A stretch of DNA of 64,000 bases. Source: Takakia lepidozioides (Eukaryota > Plantae > Bryophyta). A model generated the notes under the pieces. It was not told where the DNA came from and did not search any database. It worked only from the letters and a program-made list of their open reading frames with translations. Each line of letters opens with the position of its first letter. The first letter of the stretch is position 1. Shown here piece after piece: positions 34,879 through 50,956 of this stretch. A program made the position numbers and the translations under genes. The stretch lies in contig CM060733.1 in the NCBI GenBank assembly GCA_030704615.1, forward strand, positions 59,706,001 to 59,770,000, written 5' to 3'.

Positions 34879-37392
34879 ATGGCAACCCAGAATCCACACA
34901 TTCATTTTTTGAGCTTTGAAGAAAACTCTGGGAGCCTCTTGCCACTTCTTCCATCTCAAGGTAGAGTGGAGAGAGTCCAGAGAAATGGATCTCCCTCAAG
35001 ACAGTGGCCCTGATCATGTCAGTGCTTCTGAACCTGGCCTTATGGCTGCCTCAGCAACAACTGCTGCAGCTGACAAATCCTCCCCACTGGCCGACTGCCG
35101 CAGTTCAAGCTGCAGAAGCTGCAGCTTTGCATTGGTGTTCGGGGCATGGCATCGTGTTTGTGGACACAATGGCAGTTGATGGTGCAGGAACCCCTGTGTG
35201 TGAGTGCCATGACTGCTTTACTGGGCCTGACTGTGCCCTCCGCATCCCAGCCTGTGTTGCTGATGCTAACAGGTGCCCCCTAAGTTTTTTTGCCTCTGTA
35301 TACTTTCCTTTCGAGCATTCTTCTCTTTTTTCCTCTTCGACCAAAAATAGTTAGCGTTATTGTATGGCCTTCATGTATTGCTCACCATTCTGTGAGTTGC
35401 TGAAGACATTTCATAGTCTTGAGCACTTTTTAGAACTGCTGTATCCACAATGTTGAGAGTTCCACAGTTAGTGGTATGTTTTTTGAATGCAGCGGAGACC
35501 CCCTTCTTTTTGAAGCATATTGGAGGCAGAATGCAGAGTTGGGTACAGTGGTTATACCAGGGTGGTATCGCATGAGCTACCAAACTGGGGAATCTGGCCG
35601 AACTCTCTATACAGAGGCACTTGAGGCTTCCATTCGGGCCCTGCATGCGCTGGTGGGCAATGCAGTGACAGAGGGCCGCTACGTCGTGGTGGGCACTGGT
35701 TCCCTGCAGCTCATCAATGCTGCGGTCTCTAGCCTTGCCCTTGACAGCTCTGCAACTGTCTCCAATGTGGTTTCTCGTCCCCTTTCTACGGGGTACACAT
35801 TTCTTACGAGAATCTTATGGGAGCTTTGTACTTAATGAGAGACTTGCTCGAACACCCTTTTCTGTCCTTTACTTTCCTTTTGGACACTGACAGAGGCTAT
35901 TTTGCGCTGCTGTAGGTCTGCATGCTTTGTCAAGCACCAGGCATTCTAGGAACTAACATGTGGATCTTTCCTCATAAGTACCTTGTGAGTTTTTGGAGAT
36001 CCATCCAGCTACTTGTACATAGGAGTTAAGTAGTCACAATTGGTGTATCTCTGCAGGCCTATCATTCACAGACTGAGTTTTTTGCAACACCACATTATCG
36101 ATGGGCAGGAGATTCCAAGCAGTTTCCTCCTATTCCAAAAGGAGAAGCAGTGATTGAACTAATAGCATCGCCCAACAATCCTGATGCATCCATTCAAGAG
36201 GTGGCATGGAATGGGACTGCTTCCATAATATATGACCATGCCTACTACTGGCCGCACCTCACTGCCATGACAAAGCCTGTTGACCAGGATATCATGCTCT
36301 TTACTCTGTCAAAGGTCACTGGCCATGCGGGCAGCCGTGTTGGGTATCCACTCTACCTCCTTTCTTGGATTTGCACCTCCAGGAATCAGGACAAAGAGCA
36401 ATATAAGCAGGCCACCCTTTCCTCTTGTGCGTTTGCTTGAGCAGCCACCACAACCATAAAGGGTTACCTGACTTGGAGCTGGTTATGTGATGCAGATGGG
36501 CAATAGTGAAGGACCCCAGCATATATTTGAGGATGATGGAGTATGTGCAATATAACACATTGGGTGTATCTCATGATTCACAGCTGCGTGCCACACAACT
36601 TCTGAATACAGTGCTGAAAACCTATTCAAAGCACCCCGTTTCACAGCAGCAAGGGCTTTTCCACTTCGGGAAAGAAGTTCTGCAAGCGCGCTGGGCCAGG
36701 CTGCAGTCTATCTTCAATGTCTCCTCCCGGTTTACACTCCAGCGCTTGGAACCACAGTACTGCTCCTTCTTTGGGAAGCTGTCTGCCCCTTCTCCAGGTG
36801 CCTGCCCAGTCGTGCCAAATTTGTGATGAATTTTTTTCATAATGGTTAAGTGAAACTAAAGGATAGACAGTCATGCTGCACCTAATCAGGGAAAACATGG
36901 AAGAAGAGACTTACTTGAATGCACTATGGTTTTTGTTACCAGGCACTAGCGAGCACTAACTTGGTCTGAGTAGGAAGCAGATTTGGACCAATTTCTTGTC
37001 AGTCCATTCTCCATTTATTGGTCCTCAGATTAAACTACATTCTAGAATGGCCCTGTTTACTGGAAGGTTGAGTGACTTGTGAGGAAAGAACTGAAGAGAA
37101 AGGGACTCTGATCCCAAGTCCAGCGGCTCTGTAATCCCTTTGCAAGTGATCATTGAGATGTGATTGTTGACTGATTGATTTTGTGTTTGTATAATAGGAT
37201 ATGCATGGGTTCACTGCGAGTGGGAGGAAGATGGAGACTGTTTAGCTGTGATGAGTGCAGCCGGCATAATTGGGCGAGCAGGCAATGCTTTTGGAAACTG
37301 ATGATCGTTACGTGCGCCTCAGCCTACTCAAACGCCAGTCCGACTTCGACAATTTGGCTGACCACCTTGTTGCACTCATTGCAGAGGGCTAA
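34879..37392 (+). CDS. Tryptophan aminotransferase-related / alliinase-family PLP enzyme with N-terminal EGF-like domain (5 coding exons)
   Basis: EGF-like CSGHG..CECHDCFTGPDC, then SGDPLLFEAYW, VVGTGSLQLINAA, SPNNPD, YDHAYYWPH and the PLP-lysine motif FTLSKVTGHAGSRVG. Exons at ~34879-35271, 35493-35792, 36057-36343, 36497-36797 and 37199-37392. A few 1-nt frameshifts are present. Confidence 0.88.
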
Positions 37393-37526
37393 TGGACTGT
37401 CCTGTGTCCTCCTTCACGCTGTGAGTGTTGGATGACAAGGCAGGGAATCAGAAGCCATGATTACCCCAGCACATGTTTGTCAGAGCAGCTGTCAACTGGG
37501 ATGGTGGCCTATATGTTAATTGCATC

Positions 37527-38145
37527 AGGTGTAGCCTGGTGTTCAACTGTGGGTATTCAGTTCTAGAGGGTATTAAATGGGACACATGTTCATCTCTGGT
37601 TGAATATGCTGCCCAGTCCATCGTGTGGTTTTCAACTGTGGTTGAATTCAAACCATTCATATGAAGTCCAACCGTGGTTGGATAACAAACGGCCTGTAGG
37701 TGATACAATGGGATCCATTCATCTATGGTTGAATATACTGCCCATTGGCATATTGTGGGTTTCAGCTGTGGCTGAATACAAACTATTCATATGAGTGAGA
37801 TTAGGACATGCATGGTAGACATGACTCTCAACAATGGTGCTGTGCACCTTGTTTGGTTGTATCAGGAGCAGCTGTGCTCTACTGGGATGGTGGTCTATAG
37901 ATTTTTATTTCTAAGCATCCTGAATTGCTTACACATTGTGAGCTCATCAGGTGTAGCATGGTGTTCAACTGTGGCTGAATACAGAACTATGGAATCCATT
38001 TTCATTTATGGTTGAATGTATTGCTCATGTGTATAGTGTGGTTTTCAACTGTGGCTGAATACAAGCCATTCATATGTGATAGATAAAGACAAGCATGGTA
38101 GACATGACTTTCAACATTGGTGCTGTGCACCTTGTTTGGTTGTAT
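37527..38145. repeat. Degenerate direct repeats downstream of the aminotransferase gene
   Basis: TTCAACTGTGG(C/T)TGAATA..CATTCATATG and CATGGTAGACATGACT..GGTGCTGTGCACCTTGTTTGGTTGTAT each recur. Confidence 0.7.
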
Positions 38146-39466
38146 TGTAATACTCTCGGAGTGAATAAATGTATGCATGGCATAGAATTAGGTCAGGGCC
38201 CTCTTATCAAGAACTCTGCAACTATGCCTTGGACAGCTTGTAGCACCTTGGCATTGCATTCTAATAACCTTGATGTGGCTTCCACGAGGTGCTGACAAGA
38301 AAGTTTGAGTGTCCCGGGACTTCTCTGGAGTGTTGAGATGGAGTGAGAACAATTTGGTCAGTTGCATATCCTTGCTTCATAAGTTGTTTGTGCAGCATCT
38401 GTTCTAAACATCACCCACTCGAGGATTGGGTGGAATAGGAATAGCAAGTGGCATGCTTTAAAAGAGTGTGTATTAAAGTGGCCTCAACGTTGTTCCCTTG
38501 GCTTTTGGCCTAAGTTCCTGAGCCATGTGCAGATCAGTGGCTCTCGGGACTCAAATTCAAACAAGTGCCTTGCTGGTGATCAAACAAGTGCAGACTCCTG
38601 AATATCTGAATCTTCTTTACCCCTACAGATTGTCAACTGACCAGCTATGAAATCCTGTTGCATGAAAGCTCAGGGTTTTTGGTTTTCCCCAAACTTGAGA
38701 GGAGCAATTCTAAGGTATAAAGTCCAGTATGAATGCCCATAGATAAGACAGGATGATGTCGTTACAACATCAGCAAGTACGCTCCTTTTGGATAGCACTC
38801 CACATTCCCTCTGCAGTACTCAAATGATAAGTATCAGACTTTCACCAACGTGAATGTGGTAGAAGATACAGTTGTAATTGTGTAGTTTCCTCAACACAAA
38901 GCCCGTCTCTCCGAAAAGATCTACATTTTTCTCGCTCACATGTTCGACTGTATGATATAATGTATCAGAACAAATTGGACTAAACCACAGCGTGCCCACG
39001 AGTTTGCTCAAGGGGTTGCGAAGGAAAAGCTCCTCTTGGGTTGTCACAGATTCTGCATGTCAGGGGGAGAATACTGGAACCACGGCTTTACCTAACTTGT
39101 CGGAGGGTCTGAGAGACACATGTACAGTAGTCTACGAAACACGCTTTTGGGTTTGCATTGATGATCAGTGCAACGTGGGATGGCCGGTGCTGCTCATGCG
39201 GAAAGAACGGTGGCTATCACAAGTGCTCGGAGTCGATCCATATCTGTGTGCTGGCAGAGCAGGCTTCTTGGAAATGCGCTTACCCCGTCACCACCGTCTC
39301 GCTCACCCACGCCGCGCTATCTTACACATAAGCATCCAACAAGTGCACAAGCATCCCAATTGTGAGAGTGGGCGGTGCGAGAGAGAAACTCAGTAATTTG
39401 CTAACGTGAGTGGGGCAAGATTGGAATTCACTTTAGGAAGTGCAAGCACATCACAGTCGTTCAGCT

Positions 39467-40544
39467 ATGGCGACCAAGGCGGTTTGGAATGGGGCTGTGA
39501 TTGCTGCCACAGACTCGTACGAGACCGTGGGGGCAATGTCTACTTCCCAGTTTCCTCGGTCAATATGCAGTATGTGAAACCCAGCTCCACCCACAGCTCC
39601 TGCCCTTGGAAAGGCAAAGCCTCATACTACACCTTGGAGGTCGATGGCAAGCAAAACAAGGATGCAGCCTGGTTCACCCTACGCCATTGCCAGCCGCCTC
39701 CAAAATCAAGGTACACAGAGAGAAGAAGAATATAAACTTTGATTACGGCCACAGTGAAGAGTACCCCCAAAATTCACAGGCATTGAAGTTTTACCATCTA
39801 TCGTGTGTAATTTCTGTCCCTGAGCACTTGCAACAGGAAGTCAGATTTGGGAGTAGTACCGGATTATGTGAGAGAATGAAGAAGCTGCAGCGATTTGGTT
39901 GGAAGAGATATGTTCTGGGTTGAAACATCCATGGTTGTTTAGCGTGGAGAGGTCAATTCAAGTTATAATTATTCACTCGAATTCAGATGACGGAGGTTGA
40001 TGCTACGTGTAGAGAAGATACCTTGAGCGGTGGTTGCATGTGGACAATTGGTAACCCCCCTATGTTGGTGTCTGTACAGTAGAGTGGACACTGTTAAGAT
40101 TATCGTGCATTGGTTTTCATCTTGGTTTGAAGGGGGAAGTCTTGGAGACTCCTATAGTCTGCGTTGCTGCCAAGGCATGCTGAATGTGGGTGGATCTCTT
40201 GACAGTAAGGAAAGGAATGAATGAAATGAAGTGGAACTTTAGAATGCAAGGAAAGAAGAAGGAATGGAAAGAAGAAGTTTATCAGGAGGGAGAGAATGTA
40301 CTCATAAGACGTTGTTGGCCGTAGCCTTGTGGCCATTGACCCCGCGCCCAGTTTGAGCGGAACAGAAATTGAGAGACAGTGAGATTGGCGGCTGGACGTG
40401 TAGGAAACATGGATTGATTGGAGTGTATAGATACACAGTATAGAGATACAACCTAATGGGATGTTTTGTAATGTGCATGACCTCTTGTGGTGACTGCAGG
40501 ATCACGTGGCTTTCTGGAAAGAAGTGAAGATAGAGAAAGCTTAG
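39467..40544 (+). CDS. DUF427 (NTP_transf_9) family protein, two exons
   Basis: MATKAVWNGAVIAATD..GNVYFP..THSSCPWKGKASYYTLEVDGKQNKDAAW(Y)PTPLPAASKIK, intron 39711-40499, then DHVAFWKEVKIEKA*. Two 1-nt frameshifts are present. Confidence 0.85.
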
Positions 40545-41418
40545 AAATGATTGCCAACTCCATGCTGGAATATGGCATTTGGACTTATAGACACTTGGAC
40601 TACTAGATAGCACATTTGTTCAGACAGAGTGATATAGTGGGTTACAATGTGCACCGCATGAGTGTTTTTGGTTCGGAAGTTTTTGTGAAATGGTACATGG
40701 CCTCTTCCCCAGGCAGCTCCCTTCCCCTTCTTCTTTCCCTTGGGACTCTCTCTAGCGTTGTGTGCTGGACTTCATAGATGAATCTTATGCTTTTCAAGGA
40801 GTAAGCTGAACAACAGAAGTTGTGCCATGTTTCAATGTTCTTTATGCCTGATGGTGGTGGCAGGAGTGGAGGAAGGTAGGCTGAAAGGGGGTGTTCCATT
40901 GATCTCAAACTTAGTGTTTTCTAGAAGCAGTCATTGGCAATCACTCCAGTCACATTGCATCCAATCCTTGATGTGCATATCTACATATCGAGGAGTCACT
41001 GGTGGGTGACTGCAGACTTGCTATCAAGAGTGCTGCTACAAGACAACTAGAAACAGCAGGATCACGGCATGCAACATTATGCACTATGTTGCGATTGTCA
41101 AAGGGCGCCTAGAACTCAATATATGTACATCCTATTCCGGGTGGTTTAACTCTCCATACTGCCTTTCCCCTGTTCACTACTGTTACGAATGCTCAATACT
41201 GCGCAGGTGACAACAGAAGGCCATTTTGTTCATGTCAATCAGCTCCTAGTGAACTTTTATGCAACTGCCAATGGTTCAATATGGTTGCCAGGCAGGTACT
41301 CTTGAACCTCTGTTTTACTACCCTTTTTGAGAGATTTGGTACCTATATAGACCTTTCCAAGGTGGTAAAGCCCCGCAAGGTGGACGTTGTAGAAGATCCA
41401 AGGTAGATGGGTATGAGA

Positions 41419-44400
41419 TCAAAGAGCACGCTGTTGATAGAAAAGGATGTAGGCTGAAGAGGTGAGAACAGCAGCATCCTGAACAGGGTTGACGGAGGCG
41501 TCGTTGAGCAGTACAAACAAACATGTTGTCACAGTTTTTGCACTGTGCTGTATAGTGGCCACACCCCATGGACCCAACATGACAGCACACAGCATACAAG
41601 TCGTACACAGAGCCCTGCACTTTCCTTGCTTTTACCCTGCACCCGTCCCCCGCTGCACATCACGTCATGTTTCACCAAGTCACCTTGGTAATGTGTCCTT
41701 TGCTTCAATGCTACAACCCTGTGTCTGTCAGTCTCAGGATTACAATTTTTGTAGGTTGCAATCCGGTGCTTCTACCATTTGAACAAGGGGATCCAGCATA
41801 CAATTCAAGTATCCTGCAAAGCACAATCACGCAGTAGTGAATTGAAACAAAACAGCTTAGAACTTTGATAAGACATTCTTCATCCTCTGTACTTAAGTAG
41901 AAAACATTATTCGGTGTCCTACTGCGCTTTATGTGTATGCCTTGTTGGCTCTGCAAAAGCTTCAAGTCTAAGTCCAAGATGCAGAATGTTTTGACGAGTG
42001 TACCCGAAAATTTGACGAAAGAAGCAAAGGATTGTTCACTGACCCCAGAAGATTGCTCAGATCCAGTCCTCGGAGTGGATAATACACTGGCGTTTCATCC
42101 TTGGTATATGAATACCGCTCCACTCCATAGAATCGCAACATTTATATGCAATGTGAAGTAAGAGTTTGAATAAAGTCCCAGCGTCCTCAAGTTCCAAAAT
42201 GAAGAATAGGATGGGAGATACCAGAGAGAGGGCAACCTTCCAGTCACCTTCAACCCACTGTGCCCTGCTGGATTACAAATACAGGCATTGTGAACTACTA
42301 AACGGTCTTGCAAATAGCAGTGCACATCCCAACAATGCCCAGGTTGCAGCTTGCGCTGGAATTGCGTGAGATTTGCCCTTCTTGGCCACTTCTGCTTCTT
42401 TTACTTATGAGAATCTCTTACAGTCAACAACACTTTCTCAGTATCCAAAGTTTTGATGGGATGGCTTCATATGCTATGCTTTCTGAAGTTGTCTACCTGT
42501 ACTTTACCTTTGATAGTAGGTTGAGGGGTTGAAGCACTGAACTCCAGGAAAGGCACCTTGATGTGAAGAACCAGCACAGGCGGAAGGCGAAATATGCTCA
42601 GCTTCTTGGTGGAAGTCCTAGGTGCCTGTCACCAGAAGCCCAGATTACAGATGCATTTTCTGCTGTTGTCCTGTTAAAGTTAACAAATGTTACTTCTCCA
42701 GAAAAGTTTCATGAGTTGCAGTGGACAGTGCTGCACTCTGCATCTGTGCTGTGGCCGTTTAATCTCGATACATTTCTGACTTGACAAGCGCCAGAGTTTG
42801 CCTTTGCTCGTAAGTTTGATGATTTTCAGAGCAGGTTTAGTGACAGAAAATCATTATTTTTCACTTGTGGCTATTAGTTTACTTGGTATAGCTGGGACTC
42901 AAATGTTATGTGGCATATGTATTTGAAGGGAAAAATGGGTTTGTATACCAAAGTGTGCATTGTTTGTGTCTATGCATGTATGTGTCTGTGGAAGAGACCA
43001 AGGAATACCTTACAGTTTGGACAGTAGTATTTATTGGAGCCTTCAAGCTGCTCAGGAGCCCCAAATGCAGACAGGCAATCTTGGAGAGTGACACGCTGCC
43101 GGGGGTGGGAGCTACGGAGCTGTTCCCGTGTGATGAGCATGCCATCAGGCTTGGGCAGGGGGCAAGGACAGATCCATGAAAGGATCAAAGCAGTGCGAAT
43201 TTCGATGACATGCTGAGCACTCTATAGTACTTTGGAGCTGCCCTGTAGTGTTCATAATGATAGCTGAGTGTTAGCCATGATCTACATCAGATGAAACTGA
43301 ATATTATGCAATCTTCCTTCACTTTGCTTGCAAGGGATCTTGCAAAGGTGGAGCAAAAGAGGGAAGAGAACGTATTCATAAGACTTTGTTTGCCGCAGCC
43401 TTGTGGCCATAGACCCTATGCCCAGTTTGGGCGGAGCAAAAGGGAACAGACACTACCTGGTAGTGGGACTTACCTTGGTATGACGAATAGTTCCTACTTT
43501 CCAGATATCCTCTAGAAAGCCCTTGACACAATCTTCTGTGTGTGAGCTGCCCAGCAATTAGACCCCAACAGGGCCAGGGCAACGGGGGAAGAGATTGTAC
43601 TCATAAGACGTTGTTTGCCGTAGCCTTGTGGCCATTGACCCCACGCCCAGTTTGAGCGGGAACAAAAGGGACAGAACCTACCTCAGTCAGGGGCTGACGT
43701 TGGTAGTGTGACTTACCATCATATATAGAATTAATCCGGGTTTTCTAGAAATCCCTTCACACGAGTATCAATCTGCTGTGTGTGATTTGCCCAAAAACTA
43801 GGCCTCAGGAGGGCCTGGGCTTTTGGCTCAGCCTCGAGACTTTCAAAGTTGTTAAACAGGGGTACAGGCACAATTCCCTTGATAGAATTGAAGAGAGCGT
43901 CTCTTTGGTGAGAGAACCCCGGACAACGGGGGAGAGAGAGCGAGAGAGAGAGCTCAGCTCTTCATGTAAGCCACCAGGTGTGGAACTGCATTTGTGGTGC
44001 ACAAAGTTCTAAGGCGGTACATGCTTTGAACTAAATTAAATGCAGAGGCTTTCTGTTTGTCAAGGCTTCCTGGCTTGGTACTTAGCTTCTCTATTAGTGG
44101 GACGCTAGAAACAGCCATTGGAGCTTGGCACCTTTGCATATTTGGTCCTAATCTTGGTCTCATAGTGCTTCATGTTCTTTTCAGATGGATCTCATCTGCA
44201 ATACACGGTACGAGAACTTTGATCGATACTCAAAACTAGAACTGGTATTTATTTCCTGTTTACTTTCTGTGTGACCAAGTTGGCACACTTGATACAAGCA
44301 GGGTTGAACTGTGTTTTGTAGTTGGCAGATTTTGGATTCCTCCTCACAAATTCATGAGGGAAGAGAGTTGCGTAAGTGCACTGGAATCCCCAAGGGCATA

Positions 44401-47100
44401 TGGGAGACAGAAGAAAGAAATCATAACATCCACAGGAAGCCTTTATTAACTAGAAATGAAATGGTCCTTACTAATGTCCGCGGAAAGCTCTAAGAGCTTA
44501 TGGGACATGACAAAGAAATGAACAAGGAAGATAGAGGGGCTCTCCACAAGCAGCCCAAAAGCAACTATCACTCAAGGGATTGCCAAGAGTCCAATCCTCA
44601 TGCAGGTAAGCTGCATGAGGATTGGAAAAATGAAATGAAATGGTACTCCATAACATCCACACATCAGGACCATGTGATGAGCATCTTGAGCATGCTAATC
44701 ATGATGATCATCTATGCATTGTGGAGAATGATTTGAGCTCTTAGCTGCACTGGAAGGTCCTTTGCTGAATAGGTTCAGAAGGTCCTCACATAAACATTCA
44801 GATATATTGGAACCCCATCCACCCTCTCCTGTGATGTTGTGCCTGAAGGATAACTGCTTCGAAGTGACAAGAGACAAAGTTATTGCCTATGCTTCAGTCA
44901 GCTGAGAGGAGTGTATGCTGCAAAGGGGGTAAATGGACGTACCACAGAATATATCCTGTATAATGGAGTCATGGCAGGATTTGTGGTAGCGCCATGTCAG
45001 CTCTGCCAGCTCTATTTCGGGTTTGGGATCCATGTATAGATCACGGTATGGAGCTGACACTTTTACCCTATTCAACGCATCATGGAGCCCGTCCAGAATG
45101 GCCCTCAACACTTCCTGCTTGCGCCAACACCCACCGTCTGCCCACTGCTTGTCATTTTGCCCTCTTGCATTTTTCTACATATGTTTGAATAGGGAAGCCA
45201 TTGAATGGTTTCATATCTACGACTCTCTCTCAGCTGACACAGATGACTATCTTTTCTGATTGCTGGGTGGTGCATGAGAGGCAGAGAAAGATTGATACTA
45301 CAAAGAGAATTGACTTAAAGGAACCTGCCAGTATTTTGCCACAGGTTCTGAATTGAGGTTAACAGAGCAGAAGACTTCGACAGTGGAATCCCAATGGACA
45401 TGATGCAAGGGTATCGCCAAACATATGATGTATGTACAATAGAATGAGCACAAAAGTCATGTGGTTGGCACCTGAGCATCATGCTGATAAGCACCTGAGA
45501 ATTGGGGAGCAAAAGCCTGGACACACTGTAAGAAAATGCTGGCACTCACAGTTGAGTATGATGGCCTCCCCCACATATCCCTTATAATCTGGTGAAATGC
45601 ATAGGCCAGAAACTCAGCAAGACTGGCCCACTCCCTTTCTGGCACAGTATGGCGAGGCCCCTGCCCCGCTTCTGAATGAGGTCTGAATAAGGTCCTAGCA
45701 CAGCCGAGGCAAGGGGTAGTGTATGCGCTAAGCATTGCAGGCAGCTGTTTAGGTAGCATGTGTTGCCCTCATTGTGCAGCCCCACGAGCCCCGCAACATC
45801 ACCACTGCTGCTGCCCTGCAGCAATTCTGTGTTCTTGTCAAATTCTCGTGGAACCCTTCTTGAACCAGGGTCAGTTCGCAACTTCATGGCAGACAGTCGA
45901 CATGTGAGTGAGAGTGGAGATACAGACCCCGAAGATGAACAGCTGCTGCCATCGTACCGCTGCATCTGCCCTCTATAGCTGCTGCATCGCTCCTGCGCCT
46001 CATCAAGGGACAACTCTGAGTTGTCAGATGATGACTCCTCAGAACACGAAGGCCTGCCCACCCCACACTGGAATACCCGAAGTCAGAGAAGGGGGTATGT
46101 TTGCGTACAGCTTGGGGAGGCCTGTCACTACTCTGAGGGCACCTTGAGACAGCTACTATCAGAGAGGTTCCGCCGACTCTCCTCACGCACTGGTACACGG
46201 CTCCGGTCTGTACATGGAGCAATGTTCAATTGGTTGCGATGCACCTCTCGCACCGCAGGAGGGCTGTTCTGCAATGATGTATGCTTATCATCCTTGATCA
46301 GTGATGCTGTCCTCCTGAATGCTGGTCCAGCAAAGGCTTCTGTGAGTATATGCTTTCTGTGTCTTTGGACAGTTGGCTTGCTCGCCGTCGTGTGTCATCA
46401 CGCTCCAAGCCTCTTAAGCTAATGCTACGCTGGAACAGATCCAATTTGCGCTCACGATTACCCACTGCTGGACTTTTGCACTGTTCGTCATCATGGTGGG
46501 AAGTGGCACGCTTGAAGGTAATGGGCAACACAATGGAGTCGTTGCCTTTCATGCTACATGGCCTCTGTCCAGTCTCGCGACTGCTGGATGATGTCCCACC
46601 TCTCTCTATGGCCAGCCCAGACTTGTCTTCAAGATCTCTGTTGTATCTGTTTTGAGAACCAAACTTCTCCTTGTAATAGGCAAACCATTTATTGTCGGGC
46701 TTCAGTTGGTTCAGAGCCGGAGGTCCTCCCCTCTTTTTCTTTGACAGCATGTGCCAAAGTGGAAACTCAATTCTCAAATTACCCCTTACCCCCAATTCGT
46801 ACCACTGTGCCATATCTCTGGCCAATGTAGCCTCCGACACTGACTAAGATTTTGACCTTGACAAGGACACTCCTGCTATCTTCAAAATTAATATTCTGTG
46901 CAGAACCTCCAAGTTGTTCATATTCGTACCCAGTGTATGATGGCTCTGACTCAAAGAAAGCAGTTGACTGTACCAAAAAACCAGCCTGGCCCCAACTCAC
47001 TCCATGATACTCTGGTACTATGAGTTCCAGGTTTGTCATTCCATTCGAGAAGCATGCCAGCCCTAAGTGTACTGCCATACTTCCACCAGCCACATATGTG
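41419..47100 (-). CDS. Ubiquitin-specific protease (peptidase C19) with long N-terminal extension; multi-exon, start uncertain
   Basis: Cys box GLHNEGNTCYLNSCLQCL, QHDAQ, SIIQDIFCG, FDPFMDLSLPL, TLQDCL..YYCPNCK, KKLSIFRLPPVLVLHIK, His box YDLYAVCCHVGSMGCGHYTA, and NDA..SAYILFYQ. Confidence 0.85.
43371..43815 (+). mobile_element. Tandem ~200-bp LTR-like units (TRIM-like) in a UBP intron; a third partial copy is at 40297-40366
   Basis: Each unit starts (T/C)GTA(C/T)TCATAAGAC directly after a purine tract (GGAAGAGA or GGAGAGAA). Unit 1 ends in ..CCAACA at 43570. Confidence 0.5.
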
Positions 47101-48895
47101 GCATCTCTAGTTGCACAAATGACTGTGCCCAGAGTTCAAACACGGACTACCCCGTGCAACACGCCATGTCCTGGCTACCATTAACAATGCCTCGCACACA
47201 TAATGCCCTTGAGCGCTGCCTGCATGCATTCTGCACGGACCAAAGTTCCAGCCTCATAGACAACTAACATGATGACCTAGCACTCCCTCTGCATGTCAAT
47301 TACCTCCCTTGTGCAAGCAATCCAATCCTTTTTGGGCAAGAAAGCCCTCTTCAGTGACTCACACATCCCACGTCAGGCGAATTTCAACACTCTCCTTCCA
47401 CTCCCCCTCTCTCTCGGGTCTCTCTCTCACTCACATACGTGAAAGAAATCACTGCAAAGCAGAGAGAATCCCTCAGACTGTAGATACCTCATGTGCGTGA
47501 GTTTGGTGAGCGCCCACCAATCCAACTCTACAGACTGAGGGAGAGCGCAGGTATGGGGGGGACCTGGGAGGCGGCGGCAGTAGCAAGTTGATGCAGTGCA
47601 GTAGCAGTATTGTCGACAGGGGGGGGAGGAGGCCTTGAGGGGGCACAGAGTGTGAGGGTGGGTGGCGAGGGATGGTCACCACCATAACCGTCGGGCCAGG
47701 CACGCCAGCCTCGCAGCCTCCTTCAGTGTCCATGACACGGAGCCCTGTGATGCAGTTGCCCAGCTGCCCCCTTCTCTGTACAATTTTCCCAGGTTCTCAT
47801 TGGCTTGTTGTTCCGTCCCGGACTTTTTCCGCATAATCGGAGCCGGTGTTGTCGAGCCGCATTTGCCTTGAGTCATCCATCAAGATTTTTTTTTTTGTCG
47901 GAACCCAAGAGGTGGTAAGTGTGTATGAGGATATAGGCCTCACCACCAAATAAACTTTTCGACACTGATGCGTAGTCTCCTCTTTAGAATGAAGAGGGCC
48001 AATAAATCAGTGACCACACTTCACGGGGTGTGTGAAGCATATATATATATATGTATGACACCAACTGCAAGAGGAGCCTCTTCCCCTTGCAGCTACTGCC
48101 CCTTTTAGGGGTGGGGCTCTGTGTGATACGTAGTTGTGCACACCACTTCGTAGTAACTAACACGACGGCCAGTGCCGCTACTGAATGGATGCTGGATGTA
48201 TTGTAGAGAATGAACCTTACATGTCTGTTTTACCTCAGGTTTCTCCACTTTCTGTAGTTTATGAAAGTGGGGAAAAACTGAACTTACCAAGGCTATTAAG
48301 CACCACACAACAGGCAGTGAGGAAGGCCCAGCTTAAGAGGAGAGAAGAAGCAGGCTGCAGCAAGGAAACAGAGTACATAGATGCCTGAACGGTGGGATAA
48401 CGAAATCAAGGCTGCAGCACTCACAGTGACATGAAGCCTATAGTACAGGTTAGTGACATCATAGACTTTATAGACATATCAAGCGTCTGTTCAGAGAAAC
48501 AGGCTTAGAACCAAGTCTAAACTCCCAGCTTGAAATGCTAACCTGTTTTGAACCACCATCACTACTATGCAGCAGTGCCCGGACCAAGACTCTCTCTCCC
48601 CAACTACCCACCCAAAAAAAGAGACATCAAGATCCATTCCTCTGTGAACATTGGATGTGGCTTGGAGATGAAGCTATATATTTTAAGTGCAACAAGATTT
48701 GGAGGAGAACATGCTGAAAGTATGGAATAGAAAATAGACAGGCAGGGACACATGTAGACAGATTAGTGGGCTTCTCAGTAGGGTGTCTCTTCTTAGCCAG
48801 ATACAACAGCAAAAGAGAACCATTTTCCACGTATGATATCATGTGGATGAGCCACAAACAAACGGCAATGTTCAATATCATCTGCCAAATTCAAT

Positions 48896-50956
<2,061 letters not shown>

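Noticed and set aside
43371-43815. Retrozyme or snRNA
   Set aside because: I could not find a hammerhead core (CUGANGA..GAAA with stems) or a recognisable snRNA sequence.
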